Assembly: GCA_946965045.2 (NCBI GenBank) | Contig: OX337233.1 | Coordinates: 2,728,001-2,792,000, forward strand | DNA from: Epithemia pelagica | Lineage: Eukaryota > Protista > Bacillariophyta | DNA length: 64,000 nt | Direction of reading: 5' to 3' | Part shown: positions 58,332-64,000 of the stretch, one piece after another | Layout of the letters: the number at the start of each line of letters is the position of its first letter | Numbering within the stretch: the first letter of the stretch is position 1 | Translations under genes and position numbers: made by a program | The notes under the pieces: generated by a model | The model's database searches: none | What the model was told of the DNA's origin: nothing | The model's input: the letters and a program-made list of their open reading frames with translations, nothing else

Positions 58332-60547
58332 ATGCCGTCTCTGGAAACTCAATGTGTGAATACCATTCGCATGGTGTCGGCTGATCAACCGAGTGCAGCC
58401 AAATCGGGTCATCCTGGTGCTCCCATGGGATGTGCGCCCATGGCCCACGTTTTGTGGAGTGAAGTCATGAATTATTCGAGCGCTGACCCTGCATGGATCA
58501 ATCGTGATCGTTTCGTCTTGTCCAACGGCCATGCCTGTGCACTCCAGTACACCATGCTTCATTTGACTGGATACGGTTTGACCAAGGAAGATTTGTCCAA
58601 GTTCCGAAGGTTGGGATCCAAGACGCCGGGGCATCCGGAAAACTTTGTCACTGACGGTGAGTGTCAGCGGTCGAATCCAGTAAGAAAAGGAGGAATTGTG
58701 TCATCTCACATGAATCCTTCATTGTATTGAACCTTTTCAGGTGTCGAAGTGAGTACTGGACCTCTCGGTCAAGGAATCTCCAACTCAGTCGGACTGGCGA
58801 TTGCCGAACGTCACTTGGCTGCCGAATTCAACAAACCTGACTACAATGTCTTTGATCATTTCACTTATGTGATTTGTGGAGATGGTTGTCTCCAGGAAGG
58901 TGTCTCTTCGGAAGCATGCAGTCTTGGTGGTCATTTGGGTTTGGGACGCTTGATTGTTCTCTACGACGACAACAAGATCACCATTGTAAGTGTCTTGGTT
59001 TTTATCGACTGTATAGTCCAACGAATCCAAAAGGCTAACGGTCGACCATGGACAACCTGTTTTTGTAGGATGGCAAGACGGATCTTAGTTTCACAGAGGA
59101 TGTCTTGAAGCGATACGACGCCTATGGATGGCACACACAGACTGTTTCCGACGTGACGACCTCTTTGGACGATCTTCGTCAAGCCATTAAAAATGCTCAG
59201 GCAGTCACGGACAAGCCATCCATTATCAAAATTCGCACGGCGATTGGATACGGAAGTGCCAAGGAGGGTCACCACTCTGTGCATGGTGCTCCTTTGGCTG
59301 CCGATGACCTCGCCAATACCAAAAAGAAGTTTGGCTTTTCGCCCGACGAAGCCTTCTTTGTCGCTCCCGAGGTTCAGGAGTATTACACCAAGGCTGCCGC
59401 GGCGGGAGATGCCAAACGCAAGGCGTGGGAAGACATGTTCGGCAAATACACCGCTGCTTACCCTGACATGGCCGGGGAGATTTCGCGTCGCTTTGCAGGC
59501 AAGTTGCCGGAAGGAGTTGTGGACAAGCTTCCCACGTTTGAGTTTGGAAAGGACAAGGAACAGGCCACCCGAAAATACAGCCAGTTTTGCTTGTCGGCCG
59601 TCGCTCCCTCGATGCCTGAGTTGATGGGAGGATCTGCCGATTTAACTCCTTCCAACTTGACGGATTACAAAAATGTGGTTGACTTTCAAAAGGATTCGCA
59701 TGAAGGACGCTACCTGCGATTTGGTGTTCGTGAACATGGTATGGTTGCTGTTTGCAACGGAATTTTTGCGCACGGTGGGTTGCGCCCCTATTGTGCCACC
59801 TTTTTGGTGTTTACCGGGTACTGCATTGGTGCCATTCGAGTTTCGGCCTTGAGTAGGTTTGGTATTATTTTCGTCATGACTCACGATTCGATTGGATTGG
59901 GTGAAGATGGACCCACCCATCAACCCATTGAAACGCTCGGATCGCTTCGTTTGTTGCCCAATTTGATGGTGTGGCGTCCGGCGGATTTGAATGAGACGGC
60001 TGCGGCTTATCAAATTGGCTTGGAACGCCGGGAAACACCCACCGTCATTGCCTGCTCCCGTAGCGGCGTTGCGGCACTGGAATTGGCCACGCGAGAAAAA
60101 GCTTGCAAAGGTGCCTATGCCGTCATGGAAGAAGGCAGTCCAGATTTGATTATCATCGCGACGGGCTCGGAAGTGGGTCCCTCCATGAAAGCGGCAGAGA
60201 AACTAAAGGAAGATGGTATGAAGGTTCGTGTCGTGTCCATGCCTTGTCAGGAAGTGTTCTTGGAGCAACCTGAAAGCTATCAACGTGAGTTGCTCCCTGG
60301 AACCATCCCCACTCTTTCCGTCGAAGCGTCGGCGGTTTGGGGATGGCAACGCTTTAGCCACGATCAGATTGGAATGGTTGAATATGGACGAAGTGGCGCC
60401 GGGAAGGATCTCTTCAACTTCTTTGGTTTTACTCCTGAGAACATTGCTTCTCAAGCCAAGGTCATGGTCAACTTTTACAAAGATGCAGGAACTGTTCCGG
60501 ATCTTTATTTGCGGCCGCCAACCTGCAATGTGCTCCGTGAGCACTAA
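58332..60547 (+). CDS. TKL: Transketolase (no targeting peptide); introns 58657-58740 and 58986-59068
   Basis: [65 protein letters not shown]; both introns splice in frame. Confidence 0.96.
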
Positions 60548-60778
60548 GATCGTTTCGACTGTCTTTACTGGTTGGTGCAGATTTACAAAACACATCAACG
60601 ACTAGTCAGTACAAAGTAAGCTCAGTATCGGGATGGTCTCGCTCTTGAGTCACTAAATATAATTAGTATTCTATATGTCATTATAACTTGTCATCTCGCA
60701 GTGTTGGACCTTGAGACGTGCTGTTGTTTTACTATTGAGCAGCGGACCAACGCCTTTGACACTTGTTGGAAAGTCACC

Positions 60779-63448
60779 CTACATGGTCATATGCGACAGC
60801 AAAAGATCTATTTGTTCTTTGGATTTCGAGACAGAGACCGTGGGGACAATCTTGCGTGGGTTGAGAGCCTTGAGACAGGCCACCAACTCTGGAAAACTCG
60901 AATGTTCACTATATGGCACACCACAGGAAGATATTTTACCTCTCGACGTGGCTCTGATCAAGCTGCTGGTGCTTCCATCCTTGTACTTCTTTGGCTTGGA
61001 TGTCATAGACCAGCCCGTCGGGCGGAATCCAATGACTCTGTCAAAGTCTCGGGAAAAGGACTTTCCGATCTGGACAGAGGTATACGATGGAAGCTTTTTC
61101 ATGCTCACATGGCCAAGGGGAACCACCCAAAGTATGCTTTCTTTTGGATTAGTTGTGTACAACGCCATTTGTTCCTGTGGCCAGCCGAATTGAGAAACAA
61201 TTCGATAGCGGCGCCGATCAACGTACACTTTCATCTTTAATCGCTCTGCTACGGCCAGATAGATCCGTTCCTTCCCAATAGTGTACGCGCCAAACAACAA
61301 AAGAATATCCTGCTTCATGGATCGCGCCTCTCTCACCTGCCTCTCGGCGTATTCCACAGCAGCCTCAATTGCTTCCTGTTGAGATGGTAATGCATATTTC
61401 GGATTGCAGTACGTTGTGTCCAGGAACAATTCGTCCAAGCGTCCCGTTCCTCCCATTGCACCACAGAATGATCGCAAGGGACTCTCAAGAGGCTTCAACA
61501 TGACATCCGAGTTCCACCGAAAATCTCCGACGTGAAGAATTGATCGACCGCCCACTTCAAAGAGCATCATGACTGCACCAGGACAGTGATTAGCATCAAC
61601 GAGCGTAACGGTTACAGATATGCCTCGAAATGTATTGATGGAGACAGATCTGTTCATGGGAAGAGCGTGCAAGTACTTCCACTCAACACCAAGTTGCGAA
61701 TGAACAAGATTGGCCGTGGGATTGGAACAATATATTGTTCCTGAATCCCAGTGCCTGGTGATTCCACCATAGTGATCTGAGTGAAAATGGGTCAAGAAGT
61801 AGTTTTGTGTCAAAGCTGGGTTTGCGTAATGGAATCCGTCAACGACAAAGTCCGTTCCAGTGATCTTTTTGTATGCGGGACATGACGTTCGACGCCTTGC
61901 AGAGTAGCCCTCGCTATTGTAGTTTGTGTTCGATTGGAAGCGCCTGCGACCTGTTCCCGCTGTTTGTTGTTGTGTCTCTGGTTCTGGGAGCTTGCGTTTT
62001 CGACTCGCGAGTTGAGCGACCTTTCGAGCTCCTGCCATGAGCATGTCCATTACAGAAGGAGCACAGCTGGTGCTTTTATCTTTTTCCACAAATGATTTTT
62101 GACTCTGTGTTACCGTTCTTTGAGTCGCATTGCTGTTGATGCTGATGGGTTTCTGTTGATAAGGATTGACTTGAGAGAGCCTTTTTGCGTGTGATACCGA
62201 CGTAGAATTACTGTCATTTTCGTCCTGAATACAATCGTCTTCCTCTTCTTCCAGCCTTGCTTTGATGTCATTTGCTGAAATGCCATTTTGTTTAGAGCAT
62301 CGCTTCACATGATTCACCCGCCCCTTCCACGTTCTGATATGTACCAACGAAGATCCGCACGTAGGGCAAACCTCTAACTTTGCGTTTTCACCTTGATTCC
62401 CCATAGCTTTCGATACCAAAGGCTCTCCTTTCAACACAATGGTACGTTCGGGAGAAGGACTCGTACCTGTACATGGCTCACCAGGAGCACCACTGTGCAG
62501 TCTTTCGTTTTCATCCGTATCCAGCTCAATAATGACGTTACTTCTGTCTCCGTTTGCAAAGTCATGGTTTGTTGCTGTATAAGAAGAATCGAAAGGAGGA
62601 AAGTACTTCAATCCTTTGTCCGTTTCTTTATCATGGTCCAACTCGACAATCTCCCTGTCAGGTTTGTCTCTTGGCACGAATTTGCTCGTATGGATTTTCG
62701 AGTATACGTCGGGTTGATCATTTCCATTTGGCAAATGATCCGTCGGTGTCTGATCGTCCACTGGTTTCATCGTGAGACTCAAGCGACTTTTGCTTCTGGA
62801 CAAAAGTTCCGACAAGGCAAGGCCCGCTTCCTCATCGTCGTCATCGCTGCTGATTGGATCGTCTTGGTCATGGACCATGAGTTGCGTACAATGAATGTCA
62901 TCGCCTGCTTCACTTCCTTCCTTGTCACTGAATATTGCGTCATCCTCATTCTCAATTTCCATCATGTGTCGATCCAAAGTAGGATTATTTTCATGAGGAT
63001 TCAAGGGAGTCTTTTCCTCTGACGTTGCCCGAGAATTAGCATCGGCACTGGTGGCTGTCGGTGGATGTTCTGGCTCGCTTGTCCGAAGCGCACTTGGTTT
63101 GTTGGATGATTGTGGATCACAGAGTTTGCCATTGCTGCTCCGGTCGGAAGCACCAAATGAATTTGGATTTGATGCCGAGGACTTCTGGTATGGGTTGCTG
63201 ACATGGACTTTGACCGAGGACGATATCCTTGCTTTAACTGTTGGATTGTTCATAGTGCGAATCTGTGACGATCCTTGGGATTCATCCGATTTAGGATCGT
63301 TGTGTTCGGTCCTGTTGGCATTTGGATCGGTACTTGTTGTTGTTTGGGCCTCACGACAAGAGGCACACAAACACCAAGATGACGTCGTACTGGAACGACC
63401 GACAAACTTGGCTCCACAGTTTGTACAATGCTTGATGCATCGTGGCAT
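60779..63448 (-). CDS. SNM1A/PSO2-like DNA cross-link repair nuclease (metallo-beta-lactamase/beta-CASP)
   Basis: FVVDGF, FLTHFHSDHYGG, DANHCPGA, HVGDFR, LDTTYC, YTIGKE, PYSEHSSF; UBZ-like finger CPTC...NHVKRC. Confidence 0.9.
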   Translation of the reverse strand: MPRCIKHCTNCGAKFVGRSSTTSSWCLCASCREAQTTTSTDPNANRTEHNDPKSDESQGSSQIRTMNNPTVKARISSSVKVHVSNPYQKSSASNPNSFGASDRSSNGKLCDPQSSNKPSALRTSEPEHPPTATSADANSRATSEEKTPLNPHENNPTLDRHMMEIENEDDAIFSDKEGSEAGDDIHCTQLMVHDQDDPISSDDDDEEAGLALSELLSRSKSRLSLTMKPVDDQTPTDHLPNGNDQPDVYSKIHTSKFVPRDKPDREIVELDHDKETDKGLKYFPPFDSSYTATNHDFANGDRSNVIIELDTDENERLHSGAPGEPCTGTSPSPERTIVLKGEPLVSKAMGNQGENAKLEVCPTCGSSLVHIRTWKGRVNHVKRCSKQNGISANDIKARLEEEEDDCIQDENDSNSTSVSHAKRLSQVNPYQQKPISINSNATQRTVTQSQKSFVEKDKSTSCAPSVMDMLMAGARKVAQLASRKRKLPEPETQQQTAGTGRRRFQSNTNYNSEGYSARRRTSCPAYKKITGTDFVVDGFHYANPALTQNYFLTHFHSDHYGGITRHWDSGTIYCSNPTANLVHSQLGVEWKYLHALPMNRSVSINTFRGISVTVTLVDANHCPGAVMMLFEVGGRSILHVGDFRWNSDVMLKPLESPLRSFCGAMGGTGRLDELFLDTTYCNPKYALPSQQEAIEAAVEYAERQVREARSMKQDILLLFGAYTIGKERIYLAVAERLKMKVYVDRRRYRIVSQFGWPQEQMALYTTNPKESILWVVPLGHVSMKKLPSYTSVQIGKSFSRDFDRVIGFRPTGWSMTSKPKKYKDGSTSSLIRATSRGKISSCGVPYSEHSSFPELVACLKALNPRKIVPTVSVSKSKEQIDLLLSHMTM

Positions 63449-64000
63449 TTCGTCGTCTGGAGAGCCGCGCTACTTTGTCGAGAACGATTCCTCGTTCTCT
63501 CCGCAATGTCGCCAATGATGCAGAGGTGTGTTGCTCCTGTCTCGATACTGGACAACCAAACTGGAACACAATGACACACCAGAAAATTCCTCCTTCACAC
63601 TACTCGAGAAGGTACAATTGCAATGGCATTCTTTCAAATGGGTGTCTTGCCCCTTCGTACCCTTGCATTAAAAAGTCGAGAAACCCAGAAAAGAGCGCCA
63701 TCGTGGCGAGAACGGCGAAACCGGCAAATTTTCCGCGACTGATATTGGCATCAAATTTTTGCGGAGCTTGTACGGAGAGACAGACGACATATTGTAGTTC
63801 CTGTTGAAACCAGTCAACCGATCGTGCTGTACAGGCAACAAAAGGAAACCAATTTACTTCTATTTTAAAAAGAATGAGCGTTTTGTTGCGCCTCCTCAGG
63901 TTTGGAATGACTGTGCCTCTTACGTGGTTGCACCACTTGCCAATCGGCTTCCTTTGGGTTCGTCATCCACTGTACTCTCTTGGGAGTCGCGGTTTGGTCC

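Noticed and set aside
62393-63518. Long + strand ORFs (62393-63022, 63051-63518) opposite SNM1
   Set aside because: These are antisense shadows of the low-complexity N-terminal region, with no independent motifs.

Overview
Eukaryotic nuclear DNA, most likely a diatom or related stramenopile. This is inferred from compact genes with short GT-AG introns, bipartite plastid-targeting N-termini on FtsZ and a DUF2358-like protein, and a DUF6824-type gene. Two ordinary gene-dense arms flank a ~28 kb island of nested mobile DNA. The left arm (0.3-9.3 kb) holds DUF2358-like, ftsZ, a fused MPC, a small Zn-finger, DUF6824 and a bZIP. The right arm (39-63.5 kb) holds SCY1-like, makorin, Rab8-like, an eIF2-alpha kinase, a kinase/EF-hand/cNMP protein, 2Fe-2S ferredoxin, DnaJ, P450, Yip1, transketolase and SNM1. 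The island (~10.7-38.5 kb) contains a hAT remnant, a deleted PIF/Harbinger, a non-autonomous hAT, a mariner, a Mutator-like MITE, a broken Helitron Rep-helicase with neighbouring ORFs, and a 7 kb 176/194-bp satellite with higher-order repeats. The standout is a structurally complete hAT element (13866-22947; perfect 21-bp TIRs, perfect 8-bp TSD). Besides an intact ~1365-aa transposase it carries a second intact, convergent ORF ending in an Endonuclease III-like HhH-GPD DNA glycosylase domain with both catalytic residues. Its transposase gene keeps host-like CpG density while neighbouring transposons are CpG-eroded. All domain calls come from motif recognition by eye; no database searches were run.
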